Assembly: GCA_026776125.1 (NCBI GenBank)
Contig: GCA_026776125.1_4343.1
Strand: one strand, 5' to 3'
DNA: 44,578 nucleotides
Origin: a phage
This document shows positions 17,793-26,772 of the stretch, piece by piece. Each line of letters starts with the position of its first letter. The stretch's first letter is position 1. The notes under the pieces are model-generated. The model was not told the DNA's origin and did not search any database. It saw nothing but the letters and a program-made list of their open reading frames with translations. The translations under genes and the position numbers were made by a program.

Positions 17793-20051
17793 CTATTCCA
17801 AATCCTCCTCTGTCACCACCAGCATCTCATTTGGTTCGTATAGTGTCTTCGGCCTTAATCTATCCCCTATTCTTTCGGGTATACGATATGTTCTCGGTAC
17901 TACTTCGCCGTTAGCATCGCAACCAAGCATTAGTTCTCCATCTTTCAACATTTTATCAAGATGGGTGTTAGTCACAGAGAAGTCACCGGAACGAGCCACT
18001 ATCTGCTGCTGAGTAAAACCGCGACCTGTGTCATCTGACTGTTGCAGGTCTTCCAGTGCCGAAAGTATTGACTCCTTCCTTACTTCATCCCTGCCGCGTT
18101 TAACTTCTTCCTTTACTTTTTGCTTACCTTCTTTCGTCAACCCTTCTTCCCGCTCTTTCTCCTCGTCAGTTTTGAACGGCTCGAAACCCCACGGCATCAA
18201 CACAAGCGCCTTGTGTGGTTCAGGCAGGTCCAGGTTTACGATTGTGCCGTATTCCTCTGTGCTACCCAGGAACTCAACCGCTCGGTATTCTTTAGGCGGC
18301 GGCGCTTCACGGAACTGTACCGACTCCAGCACCATGCCAACCGTCTTCTGCTGAGGCCCGTGCTTGAATTTCGAGTGATATACGTTTATCTGACGGTCGG
18401 TTGCACGTTCGATTGTCAGTTCCACGTCAACACCCGCATACAGCGCCCCACTGCCGCGTGCTTTCTTTCCACCCTTCGGCGTATGGTGGACAACGCCTAC
18501 TGCGGCTTTAGTTGCATCGCGTACTTCTTTCAGAATGGCGATAACTTTACCCATGCCGATTGCTGTTGATGAACTGTTCTCGTCGAACTTATCAATCGTC
18601 AGGGCCAGCGTCTGGTTAAGGGTGTCGAAGGCAACCATGCCAATAGGTTCATCCCCTGCGGTTTCGCGCATCCTGCGGATTAGAGCTGGAATTTTTTTAT
18701 CACCATGCGTAGCGAGTATTTCGCCCGTATCGATGACATGTACATAATCTTTACCTTCCTCGCCATATTTAGCCGCGAGTGCATCAATACGTGTTCGTGT
18801 AGCTGCACCACCCTCGCCGTCAATATAGAAATGGTGGCAACGTTGGGTGTCAGCCCCCGCAAACCGGTACCCGGCGGCGCTCAGGTACATCATCCCCAGC
18901 GTATAGAATGATTTGTACGTGCCGGATTCCCCGACAATATCCCAGATACAATCCGACGGCATGTACCCCTCAACGACGAAATCAGCCTTTACCGGTTCTG
19001 GTAACTCGTCCTCCTCTGAGTCCTCGTCGTCTTCCAGGTCGTCGAGGCTGCATGAGACAGATTCACGCGCCCCCCAACCGATGGCCTCTGCGACTTCACT
19101 GAACGGCAGCCCGGTCGCATCGCACGCGTACTTCCACACCTCTTTCGGTGACAGGCCTTCTGTCGCCGTAATGTCTGTGTCGTGAATCATGGTTACGTTT
19201 GGCGCTTCATACCCCTCGCGCGGGAAGCACAGCAGGAAGTCGTCCGGGCGCGGTGTCGGGTCGCTGTAGTTTTCGGCATGTTCCGGTGTGGCTGGCATCT
19301 TAAGGCCGCGCGGCGTCATGACGCCGCCGTACTCAAACGCCAGTGCTTCAAACGCGTCTGTAAACGCGGTGCGCAGTTCTTCCGGTATCTGGTAATCCGA
19401 TGCGCTGCTAACGTCAACGGCTGGGATGCCTTCCAGTAACTCGTTCGGGTCGATCAGGTCGTTGCGGCGCGACCAGATAACGGTAGCGCCGACCGGCGGC
19501 AGGTACATCGGCTGCGACAGAGTGAACCCGCTGCGGTCCGCACCCATGCCTTTGAAGAAGTGCTCCAGCAACCCATGACGAACACGGATGATGTCACCAC
19601 CCTCCACCGGACGGGCCAGTGGCATTACGACGCGAAAGCGCGGTGACTCATCAGTATGTGATGCCGTGGTATAGAGGCACATGGCCCAGCGGCTGCGCTT
19701 AACCAGGCGCACCGCTTCCTGATACTCTTCCGGTGTTGTGCTGTCGAAATCCAGATAGGCCAGCGACGATTTGCTTACAGACGCATCGCAGCGGTAGAAA
19801 AAACCTTTACGCGCTTGCTTAAAGTCTCCAGTTTCCGGGTCTTTTACGGTGCTGTGCGTTGAGTCGCACGCGGCGGTGATATAACCGGGCGCGGTCTTAG
19901 GGTTAATCCCGTCGCGAACGGCATCGAGCGGCTGGATTAACTCTTTCAGGTCGTCCAGTGTTGCCGTGTGTGCGGTTCTGACATTTATATCCTTTTTTCC
20001 CGCCCGCGCGTTGCGGCGTGACCACGAGTAGGATAAAATTACATCGGACAT
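17793..20051 (-). CDS. Primase-helicase: N-terminal primase-polymerase-like region plus RecA/DnaB-like ATPase
   Basis: LAYLDFDS (DxD-type motif) in N-terminal half; Walker A GESGTYKSF and Walker B-like VGVVHHTPKGG in C-terminal half. Confidence 0.6.
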   Translation of the reverse strand: MSDVILSYSWSRRNARAGKKDINVRTAHTATLDDLKELIQPLDAVRDGINPKTAPGYITAACDSTHSTVKDPETGDFKQARKGFFYRCDASVSKSSLAYLDFDSTTPEEYQEAVRLVKRSRWAMCLYTTASHTDESPRFRVVMPLARPVEGGDIIRVRHGLLEHFFKGMGADRSGFTLSQPMYLPPVGATVIWSRRNDLIDPNELLEGIPAVDVSSASDYQIPEELRTAFTDAFEALAFEYGGVMTPRGLKMPATPEHAENYSDPTPRPDDFLLCFPREGYEAPNVTMIHDTDITATEGLSPKEVWKYACDATGLPFSEVAEAIGWGARESVSCSLDDLEDDEDSEEDELPEPVKADFVVEGYMPSDCIWDIVGESGTYKSFYTLGMMYLSAAGYRFAGADTQRCHHFYIDGEGGAATRTRIDALAAKYGEEGKDYVHVIDTGEILATHGDKKIPALIRRMRETAGDEPIGMVAFDTLNQTLALTIDKFDENSSSTAIGMGKVIAILKEVRDATKAAVGVVHHTPKGGKKARGSGALYAGVDVELTIERATDRQINVYHSKFKHGPQQKTVGMVLESVQFREAPPPKEYRAVEFLGSTEEYGTIVNLDLPEPHKALVLMPWGFEPFKTDEEKEREEGLTKEGKQKVKEEVKRGRDEVRKESILSALEDLQQSDDTGRGFTQQQIVARSGDFSVTNTHLDKMLKDGELMLGCDANGEVVPRTYRIPERIGDRLRPKTLYEPNEMLVVTEEDLE

Positions 20052-20108
20052 GTTGTATTTCCTTCAGCAAGTAATTTGGCCTCGGCGCTCTAACGCTGGG
20101 GCTTTCTT

Positions 20109-20342
20109 TTATTCCAGGTCTTCTAAAGTGGCTGTCACCCCACGAACTTCGGCAACAGCACTATATCTCCCGCCAACATTTTTCACGACACCAGATTTAA
20201 CCAGCACCTTCAACGACCCTTCAATGATGGCGGAACTATAGTACCTAAAATAACTGCGGCGCAAGTCCATAACGCTGCACGACCCTTTTTTACGTGTTAC
20301 CGAAACAACCGCCGTAAATACGCGTGACTGGAACTCGGTCAT
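20109..20342 (-). CDS. Hypothetical protein (77 aa)
   Basis: ORF with ATGA overlap to upstream HTH gene. Confidence 0.4.
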   Translation of the reverse strand: MTEFQSRVFTAVVSVTRKKGSCSVMDLRRSYFRYYSSAIIEGSLKVLVKSGVVKNVGGRYSAVAEVRGVTATLEDLE

Positions 20343-20533
20343 TTTACATTCTCCTTAATCCACGCTTCTACTTTCTCCGGGTCGAACGTACCAGGCTGCC
20401 GGCGGCCCATAATACGGATACAACAATCCGGGAACTTCCCACTCTTTAACCAGTTATTCAGCGTGCGACGAGTAACCCCGATACGCTCAGCTACCTCATT
20501 CTGTGTCATTCTCAAACCCTCATTATCAGTCAA
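20339..20533 (-). CDS. Small HTH DNA-binding protein
   Basis: VAERIGVTRRTLNNWLKSGKFP HTH-like segment; first gene of leftward operon. Confidence 0.5.
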   Translation of the reverse strand: MTDNEGLRMTQNEVAERIGVTRRTLNNWLKSGKFPDCCIRIMGRRQPGTFDPEKVEAWIKENVK

Positions 20534-20857
20534 CGAAACTTAGTATACATTGCGAATAATGGGAAATCAAACATAATCGCACCTATTGACATTATGAAAA
20601 TCTTCGTTTAAGGTGCTTTTGTATCTTAGTTACTTTGATTCCTGTTCACCTTGTAAAACCGCTTAAAACGCAGCTGCGCGCAGCGCAAGCAAAGTGTTAA
20701 GCGAAAGTTTACTGAACATAAGAATTATCGTAACTTTCCTTCCTAAGTATCTCCGGTTGCCCTGGGCAAGCTCTATTCTCATCGGCAGCATATCTCTTAA
20801 GTATCTGATTTTCTTAATGTGCCGTAGATTCGCAACCGTAAAAATGTAACGATTATT

Positions 20858-20883
20858 GGGCAGGCTTAAGCCTGCCCTTTAGT
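20858..20883. terminator. Perfect 10-bp-stem hairpin (gggcaggctt/aagcctgccc) in divergent intergenic region
   Basis: Palindrome read in sequence; weak T-run after it. Confidence 0.4.
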
Positions 20884-20949
20884 TACCAAGTAATAAGAAT
20901 AAAGGCACAACCCTCCCCGAAGAATCACAACGGCAACGTAACTATTCTC

Positions 20950-20978
20950 TTGCACACCCCAACATAATAGGTTACTAT
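20950..20978 (+). promoter_or_regulatory. Promoter-like element, class II (TTGCAC-N17-TACTAT)
   Basis: Shared with 21751(+), 32092(-), 41325(-); followed by conserved leader CGAAACGAGA and RBS before 21013. Confidence 0.45.
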
Positions 20979-21012
20979 TCACTTATCGAAACGAGACATA
21001 AGGAATTTAGAA

Positions 21013-21231
21013 ATGAACAAAGCGACCGCAAGCGTAGTTTCCGCAATCAAACAAGTTTACGGCATCGATATTTCAGAGCGCGTAATTATCGGGAACAAAC
21101 GCAACTTCTTTACGTTCGGCACCGACGGTATGGATGGAAACGATTTTAACAACGTACAACGTTTCGCTATCGGTAAGGGGCTTCGTAATGAGCCCGCGGG
21201 TTACAAGAAATTCGCTATCTACTTTAAATAA
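21013..21231 (+). CDS. Hypothetical early protein (72 aa)
   Basis: ORF with RBS AAGGAA, downstream of class II promoter. Confidence 0.45.
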   Translation: MNKATASVVSAIKQVYGIDISERVIIGNKRNFFTFGTDGMDGNDFNNVQRFAIGKGLRNEPAGYKKFAIYFK

Positions 21232-21288
21232 ACCCACGGCGCCGAATCATGGCGCCAGTGCCGACGACTCTGAGGGAGGTTGCCGTTA

Positions 21289-21444
21289 ATGAAAATTCGA
21301 ATAACTGGCCGCAGGCTTATAGATTTCGGTATCTCGGTAGGTGATGTTTTTCTGGCGTTCAGCAGCAACCATTATGGTTTTATGATTGAGTACAAAGGGT
21401 CATTATTGTTCGTGTATCGGGATGAATGCGAGGTTCTGGTATGA
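21289..21444 (+). CDS. Hypothetical small protein (51 aa), not in ORF track
   Basis: Hand-translated; strong RBS GAGGGAGG upstream of ATG. Confidence 0.35.
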   Translation: MKIRITGRRLIDFGISVGDVFLAFSSNHYGFMIEYKGSLLFVYRDECEVLV

Positions 21445-21602
21445 GAGAAGCATTCGAACGGTGGGCCGTCGTCGATGGTCTGCCGGTTAATAAGGGTTCG
21501 AAGAAAGAGTACCTGAACGTTAAGACGCGTCTTGCGTGGCGGGCGTGGAAAGCTGGTGCGCAATATCGGGCCGGTGTAACAGGCGGTGTAACAGGTCAAT
21601 AG
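21441..21602 (+). CDS. Hypothetical small protein (53 aa), not in ORF track
   Basis: Hand-translated; ATGA overlap with upstream ORF. Confidence 0.3.
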   Translation: MREAFERWAVVDGLPVNKGSKKEYLNVKTRLAWRAWKAGAQYRAGVTGGVTGQ

Positions 21603-21750
21603 GTTACTATTTGTCTTTGTGTCTTACGCTGCTACACAGCAGCGTACAACTTTAACTTAGTGTCGTCAAAAGGCGACACTTCCATAAGACACTGTTGGGG
21701 CAGGGATAAAGTGTCCCCAGTTAGCGACACTAAGCACCAATAAAATTTAC

Positions 21751-21779
21751 TTGCACACTAGGATAGAATAGACTACTAT
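21751..21779 (+). promoter_or_regulatory. Promoter-like element, class II (TTGCAC-N17-TACTAT)
   Basis: Same architecture as 20950; followed by leader CACGAACGAGAGGAG. Confidence 0.45.
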
Positions 21780-21810
21780 TCATTTACACGAACGAGAGGA
21801 GATACGGAAG

Positions 21811-21960
21811 ATGGTTACTTTGATGGTTATGGAATTCGAAAACAGCGCAGCAACTTACCGTGAGATGACTATGGCGCAGGCGTATCACCTGGCCTCAAAC
21901 GGCAACTTCTACAAGGCGCAAATAATCAACGAGTTTGGGGTAATTGACTATGAATTTTAG
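21811..21960 (+). CDS. Hypothetical small protein (49 aa), not in ORF track
   Basis: Hand-translated; RBS GAGAGGAG upstream. Confidence 0.3.
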   Translation: MVTLMVMEFENSAATYREMTMAQAYHLASNGNFYKAQIINEFGVIDYEF

Positions 21961-22222
21961 CAGCTACACCGTTACCGTTGATTTTGAGGGGCTGGAGTTG
22001 CCCCTCCCCAACAACTACAGATATGTCACGCGCGACCGTAACGGGTTTATCCAGGGGTGGCGGAACAAACCGACAGATACTGAGTTCGGGATGTCGGGCG
22101 GCGAAGAGTTGCCTATCACTTTCGGGCATCAGAGTAGCAGCGAAGAGCTTAAAACTGTGATTCGTAAGTATCGCCGCCGCGGTAACACTGGGCTTATAGC
22201 AATAACAGGTGCTGTTGAATAA
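21950..22222 (+). CDS. Hypothetical protein (about 90 aa)
   Basis: ORF track 21944..22222; ATG at 21950 preferred over TTG at 21944. Confidence 0.4.
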   Translation: MNFSSYTVTVDFEGLELPLPNNYRYVTRDRNGFIQGWRNKPTDTEFGMSGGEELPITFGHQSSSEELKTVIRKYRRRGNTGLIAITGAVE

Positions 22223-22251
22223 GCGAGAGGAGAGACAAAGGTGAAAGAGCT

Positions 22252-22455
22252 ATGACCAGCATCTTATTTATCTGGGTATTGTCGGCGGGCCAGATGCAAC
22301 TAGCGGCATCAGAAACGTTTTACTCGATGGAGGCGTGCCAGTCAGCGGCACGCGCCGCAGAAAACGCGCACTTCCTGTTTCAGGGTGACAAGCCCATCGA
22401 TTCAGAGGTACGCGCTATCTGCTCACCTAAGAGACTTGGTAAACAGGAGAAGTGA
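22252..22455 (+). CDS. Small secreted protein with N-terminal signal peptide
   Basis: MTSILFIWVLSAGQMQLAASE hydrophobic leader followed by soluble Cys-containing domain. Confidence 0.45.
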   Translation: MTSILFIWVLSAGQMQLAASETFYSMEACQSAARAAENAHFLFQGDKPIDSEVRAICSPKRLGKQEK

Positions 22456-22640
22456 TTATGGTGCAGAGATATACCTACGACCAGATATTCGGGTTTACTC
22501 CTGATGTTGAGGGCGTGTTAGTGCTTTACGAAGATTACGCGAAACTTGAAGCTGAGTTACAGAAATACAAAGACCAGTACCCTGATTACGTCGAGTGCGC
22601 GAACTGTGGGTCGGTTACACATGTGGAGGGGGTGGAGTGA
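22452..22640 (+). CDS. Hypothetical small protein (62 aa)
   Basis: ORF with ATGA overlaps on both sides; CANCGS Cys pair. Confidence 0.4.
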   Translation: MIMVQRYTYDQIFGFTPDVEGVLVLYEDYAKLEAELQKYKDQYPDYVECANCGSVTHVEGVE

Positions 22641-22933
22641 TGTCGTTAGCAACTGACATCCTGAAACGAAGCGGCCTTGCGCCGCTGTCACCGAGAGCGA
22701 AGACACGTATACACAAGCGTCGCCGTAACGTGCTGTACCCAGAGATACAAGAACGGCGTAAAGCTATCCGCGCCTGTGGATTCCAGAACGGAAAGGCCGT
22801 GAATCTAGGAGAGTTTAAAACACAGGAACGCGCGGCAATCGCTAATCGGTTATTTAATTACTGGAAATCGCTGGGATACGATGATATTCCATCGAAACCG
22901 CAGAGACGACAATACATCTGGCGTCATAAATGA
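22640..22933 (+). CDS. Hypothetical basic protein (97 aa)
   Basis: ATG at 22640 with RBS GGAGGGGG, in frame with ORF-track entry 22595..22933. Confidence 0.4.
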   Translation: MSLATDILKRSGLAPLSPRAKTRIHKRRRNVLYPEIQERRKAIRACGFQNGKAVNLGEFKTQERAAIANRLFNYWKSLGYDDIPSKPQRRQYIWRHK

Positions 22934-23008
22934 ACCGTTATTAAGATAATTCCTAACCGTGCTATCCTCCAGTTACTGCATACTTAATACGCACCTGGAG
23001 GATTCATC

Positions 23009-23317
23009 TTGGATAAATTTACTGAAACAGTGACGGGGTGGCTTCTGGCAGCCGCACTAGCTGGTGGGGTAATAGGCTTACGGCAACATAAGTCCGCTAT
23101 TTCCGGCCCTATCGACGGATTCTGCTTTATTGCAACTGGCTTCGCTTGCGCCGTATTTGGCGCGCCTCTTGCCGCTCAATGGTTCGGTATTACCGGAGAG
23201 CGCGAGATAGCTGGCCTCGGATTCATCATCGCAATTCTCTGGATGCCCATCTATTCCCGTCTCTCCGGTATCGTCGCCGGAGAATACATCGCACGTCGAG
23301 GAGGCACAGATGAATGA
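23009..23317 (+). CDS. Putative holin (membrane protein)
   Basis: Multiple hydrophobic helices and charged C-terminus; immediately upstream of lysozyme gene. Confidence 0.5.
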   Translation: MDKFTETVTGWLLAAALAGGVIGLRQHKSAISGPIDGFCFIATGFACAVFGAPLAAQWFGITGEREIAGLGFIIAILWMPIYSRLSGIVAGEYIARRGGTDE

Positions 23318-23582
23318 GTTATTCTGGTTCTGCGGTATGCTGGCAATCGGAGGCACATCGCTGTTTAATGTGTATCATCCCAGCGTTGACGACGGGCTAT
23401 TTGGCCGGGTGCTCTATATCCTGACAGCTATTGTCTGCGCCGCCGGATGTATCCACCTGTTACAGGGCAGCATGTCACCTACGCTGCCTGAGACATTAAT
23501 CACTTTAGTTGCGCTGCGCCAGATTCGTCAGGCGTGGCTGTCGTACGGAGGACATAAGCGTGTCTCGAAACATTTCAGATAA
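23310..23582 (+). CDS. Membrane protein, possible second holin/antiholin
   Basis: Two hydrophobic segments; overlaps holin end and lysozyme start. Confidence 0.35.
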   Translation: MNELFWFCGMLAIGGTSLFNVYHPSVDDGLFGRVLYILTAIVCAAGCIHLLQGSMSPTLPETLITLVALRQIRQAWLSYGGHKRVSKHFR

Positions 23583-24048
23583 TGGCATCAAATTCACCGC
23601 CGCGTTCGAGGGATTCCGCGGAACCGCGTATCGCGCTACACCGAACGAGAAGTACCTGACTATCGGGTACGGTCACTACGGGCCGGACGTTAAGGCGGGG
23701 CAAACAATCACGCCGGGACAAGGCCTCCTGTTACTTAATCGCGATATGGCTAAAGCCGTAGCTGCGGTTGATGCGGCAGCACACCATTCACTGACACAGG
23801 CACAGTTCGACGCAGTGTGCGACCTGGTGTATAACGCGGGTGCCGGTGTGATTGCCGCTACCACGGGCACAGGTAAGGCGCTGCGTTCTGGTGACATCGC
23901 GACGCTGCGGGCTAAGCTGGCGCTGTTCATCAACCAGAACGGCAAACCGTTACTAGGCCTGCGTCGTCGTACCGCCGGTCGTCTGGCGCTGTTCGACGGT
24001 AAACCGTGGCAAGAGGCTGAGGCTATTGGGCGCGCGGTGAAAGGTTGA
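23560..24048 (+). CDS. Endolysin, T4/P22-type lysozyme (glycoside hydrolase family 24)
   Basis: FEGFRGTAYRATPNE...LTIGYGHYG...FDAVCDLVYNAGAG signature; GTG at 23560 preferred start within ORF-track entry 23509..24048. Confidence 0.8.
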   Translation: MSRNISDNGIKFTAAFEGFRGTAYRATPNEKYLTIGYGHYGPDVKAGQTITPGQGLLLLNRDMAKAVAAVDAAAHHSLTQAQFDAVCDLVYNAGAGVIAATTGTGKALRSGDIATLRAKLALFINQNGKPLLGLRRRTAGRLALFDGKPWQEAEAIGRAVKG

Positions 24049-24114
24049 CACATAAGACTAATCCGACGATACTTAAATCACCTCCTGCTCCATCCCTCTA
24101 CTCTCCAGTTTTAT

Positions 24115-24144
24115 CCCGGCCCTGACCCAGCCGGGATTTTTTTT
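24115..24144 (+). terminator. Rho-independent terminator (cccggc-loop-gccggg + T9)
   Basis: Stem-loop followed by ATTTTTTTTT after the lysis genes. Confidence 0.65.
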
Positions 24145-24166
24145 ATCTATTTTCTGCAATGACTAG

Positions 24167-24195
24167 TTGACTATTATCATCGACCCTATTATATT
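24167..24195 (+). promoter_or_regulatory. Sigma70-like promoter (TTGACT-N17-TATATT)
   Basis: Hexamers with 17-bp spacer, followed by conserved leader CGACAACGAGAG and RBS before 24229. Confidence 0.45.
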
Positions 24196-24228
24196 TACTC
24201 CATCGACAACGAGAGCGGAGTAGAGAAG

Positions 24229-24378
24229 ATGAAAATCACAGATATCGAAGCATTCAAAGACGCGCAACTGATGGCGCGCATCGCCGTTAGCAACCTGAGC
24301 AGTAGCATTCCGGCGGACGCGTTCTGGTTCGCTGCGATGCAGACACTAAAAGCCGCTTATGCAGGAGAGAAGAAATGA
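24229..24378 (+). CDS. Hypothetical small protein (49 aa), not in ORF track
   Basis: Hand-translated; RBS GGAGTAGAGAAG; ATGA overlap with next gene. Confidence 0.35.
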   Translation: MKITDIEAFKDAQLMARIAVSNLSSSIPADAFWFAAMQTLKAAYAGEKK

Positions 24379-24659
24379 CAAACCAACAGTTAATTAGCGC
24401 GGGTTATAGGGTTGTGTCGCGAAAGCATAAGACACTTTCTCGCATAGACCGCGCGGACTGGAAACAGGTGTTGGCTAAACATCAATGCCCGTGGGACGCA
24501 GACGGCGAAGGGATGGAGTGGGTGCTTAATCTAGGTGAGCGCAATTCCGAAGATTATTACAGACGCTGTATAAGTAAGGATATGATAGCTGTTGATGATA
24601 TAAACGGAATCCCTAACAGCGGGAGCGCGGTAACTGGATACATAGGAGAGAAGAAATGA
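24375..24659 (+). CDS. Hypothetical protein (94 aa)
   Basis: ORF with coupled start. Confidence 0.45.
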   Translation: MTNQQLISAGYRVVSRKHKTLSRIDRADWKQVLAKHQCPWDADGEGMEWVLNLGERNSEDYYRRCISKDMIAVDDINGIPNSGSAVTGYIGEKK

Positions 24660-24817
24660 GCGAACAAGGCCAAGTAAGCCAACCATTACGCGTAGGCCGT
24701 AAGGTGAGTCACACCCCGTTCCCGACACGCGAGGAACTGATGAAACGTAACAGTTTCCCTGGGCCGGACAAGAACAAGTATCTCAACCGCATGTGGGGAG
24801 AGCGTAAAAATGACTGA
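24656..24817 (+). CDS. Hypothetical small protein (53 aa), not in ORF track
   Basis: Hand-translated; ATGA overlap with upstream ORF. Confidence 0.3.
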   Translation: MSEQGQVSQPLRVGRKVSHTPFPTREELMKRNSFPGPDKNKYLNRMWGERKND

Positions 24818-24995
24818 CCGTGAATATGAAAAGATGATGGTAGAGGCCGTTAACGGCGGCGTAGACATTAGCCACGTGATGTGCGTCCTGAATAATAAAA
24901 TCGCGGTAGCCGAGCAAATGGTGGAGTCGCTTTATGAGACGCGCCGCGAACTGATTAACCGCTTCAACCTGAACAAAGGTGACACCAATGCCTAA
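24810..24995 (+). CDS. Hypothetical protein (61 aa)
   Basis: ORF in early block. Confidence 0.4.
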   Translation: MTDREYEKMMVEAVNGGVDISHVMCVLNNKIAVAEQMVESLYETRRELINRFNLNKGDTNA

Positions 24996-25287
24996 AATCA
25001 CAATTGCATCGCTCGAGCGCCGTATTATGGTGCTTGAGTCGGAGAAACAGACGTTAGGCGGGCAACTGTCAATTAACGGTGAGTTTCAACTGGAGGCGTA
25101 TAAAGAACTTCTAGAGGCGTTTAAAGAGCTACAAGCCATCGCGTCTGACATAGAAAATATGATTGGATTGTTGCAATCCGGGGAGTGGGCCGAACACTGC
25201 ACTAAATCGGTGTTAGGAAAACGGCTTGAGACGGAGATTACTGACATGCTGAGTTGTCTTGTTGAGGCGCCAGATGAGCACGCCTGA
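24979..25287 (+). CDS. Hypothetical protein (102 aa)
   Basis: ORF in early block. Confidence 0.4.
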   Translation: MTPMPKITIASLERRIMVLESEKQTLGGQLSINGEFQLEAYKELLEAFKELQAIASDIENMIGLLQSGEWAEHCTKSVLGKRLETEITDMLSCLVEAPDEHA

Positions 25288-25456
25288 GCCGGTAGTTATC
25301 GATGGCGTCCTGTGGAAACCTTACTCGGTTAACCACATCGACGCCGATGGGAAGAAGTTCAGTTTCTACATTTTTGCGATTAGCCGTGAGCACGCTGCGT
25401 GTGTAGTAGACGATATACGAGAAACGGCGTGGCTTGGCGATGAGATAGTGGGGTGA
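25259..25456 (+). CDS. Hypothetical protein (65 aa)
   Basis: ORF in early block. Confidence 0.4.
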   Translation: MLRRQMSTPEPVVIDGVLWKPYSVNHIDADGKKFSFYIFAISREHAACVVDDIRETAWLGDEIVG

Positions 25457-25686
25457 GAGCATGAGTCTTGAGGTTGTTATAAGTCTGGTTGGTCTTAGTT
25501 ACTTCATTGGGCTATTGGTCGGTTTTCTGTGGGGTAGATACTAATGTTCAGCGACATCAACGCAGCAATCGAAGAAGCAATCTGGCGCCGTTACAACGGC
25601 GAGCAGCAACGGCACTTCTGCCTGGTGCAACGCGGCAACATGGTCGCCGTGGTGCAGGACCGCGATAACAAATATCCGAATGCGAT

Positions 25687-25947
25687 GTGGACGACGAGGA
25701 ATTTCTTAGGATGATTACCAGCATTCCTAACCTTATTAAAGAATTTGGCACGATGGCGGAGACGTGCCGACAAACAGGCCTCAACGAAATGACGATTGCT
25801 AAGTACAGTAAAGACGTTGATTGTGAGCGCCACGTAATTTATAACAATCGTCTGATGACGCACGTTAAGACTAGCCCGGTGTTATTCACGCGCCGTGGTA
25901 TCACTAAAACTGAGCAACGTATTGCTAAAGAGGAGAGTGGAGAATGA
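25687..25947 (+). CDS. Hypothetical protein (86 aa)
   Basis: ORF in early block. Confidence 0.4.
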   Translation: MDDEEFLRMITSIPNLIKEFGTMAETCRQTGLNEMTIAKYSKDVDCERHVIYNNRLMTHVKTSPVLFTRRGITKTEQRIAKEESGE

Positions 25948-26099
25948 AAAAGTTAACTATCTACTGGAAAACAGGGGCTACGTCAGAACTCGATGTTTTC
26001 AGCGTAACGCAGTGTGAAAAGTTCTGGTATGCCGAAACATTCAACGGTGAAGTGAGAATACCAATCGCACTGGTAGACGGCGGCGATATAACAGAATAA
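25944..26099 (+). CDS. Hypothetical small protein (51 aa), not in ORF track
   Basis: Hand-translated; RBS AGGAGAG; followed by terminator. Confidence 0.3.
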   Translation: MKKLTIYWKTGATSELDVFSVTQCEKFWYAETFNGEVRIPIALVDGGDITE

Positions 26100-26110
26100 C
26101 CAACCCACAA

Positions 26111-26132
26111 GCCCTCTACGGAGGGCTTTTCT
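26111..26132 (+). terminator. Rho-independent terminator (gccctc-tacg-gagggc + TTTTCTG)
   Basis: Stem-loop plus T-run at end of early block. Confidence 0.6.
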
Positions 26133-26226
26133 GTACATCCCGCCCAATACCCTTATATAATCCATTTAGACGCGTAGGGCGCGTCTGGTGCGCTCTGATG
26201 GTCAGACGCATATGCAAGGGGATTCT

Positions 26227-26772
26227 ATGAAGCTGAAACTCAAGCAGCCATCGCCAGAGGTGGTGCAAGCTGCACATGAAGAAGCTGTTAGCGCAAACCG
26301 TCGCCGTAGACGACCGCGCGGCAAACAGAGCCTTTATCAATCATCCCGTAATTCCGCCGCGTTGTGGGACCCGGACTATTGCGACGCTTTAATCGAGTTC
26401 TTCGACCGCACGTCATGGGAGCTTGTGCCTACGTCTAAGGGTGACGAACGCCCGCTGATTCAGGATAAACCACCGTCACTGGCCCGCTTCGCCTTACACA
26501 TCGGAGTCACTATCCCGATTATTAAGCTTTGGCTGCGTGAGATTCCCGCATTTGCAGAAGCCTATGAAACGGCGCAGGCGCTGGAAGAGGCGTACTTCAC
26601 CGAGACAGGGGCTGCGGGCATCTCGGCTACGTTTGCCGCGGCTAAACTGGGCCTCAGCAAAGAGAAACCGGTTGCATCCACCGAAGAACCAGCACCGACT
26701 GAGATTGTTTTCAGTGTTGCGGAGCCTGTAGGTAAAATCGTAACAACGAACATGGGTGAGGTGGAGGAATGA
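26227..26772 (+). CDS. Putative terminase small subunit
   Basis: Immediately upstream of and coupled to terminase large subunit; basic N-terminal region; ATG at 26227 with RBS AAGGGGA. Confidence 0.45.
   Translation: MKLKLKQPSPEVVQAAHEEAVSANRRRRRPRGKQSLYQSSRNSAALWDPDYCDALIEFFDRTSWELVPTSKGDERPLIQDKPPSLARFALHIGVTIPIIKLWLREIPAFAEAYETAQALEEAYFTETGAAGISATFAAAKLGLSKEKPVASTEEPAPTEIVFSVAEPVGKIVTTNMGEVEE

Noticed and set aside
21372-21599. 75-aa minus-strand ORF in the early region
   Set aside because: Lies antisense to two compact plus-strand small ORFs that have strong RBSs and ATGA coupling; the plus-strand reading is more consistent with the unidirectional early block.
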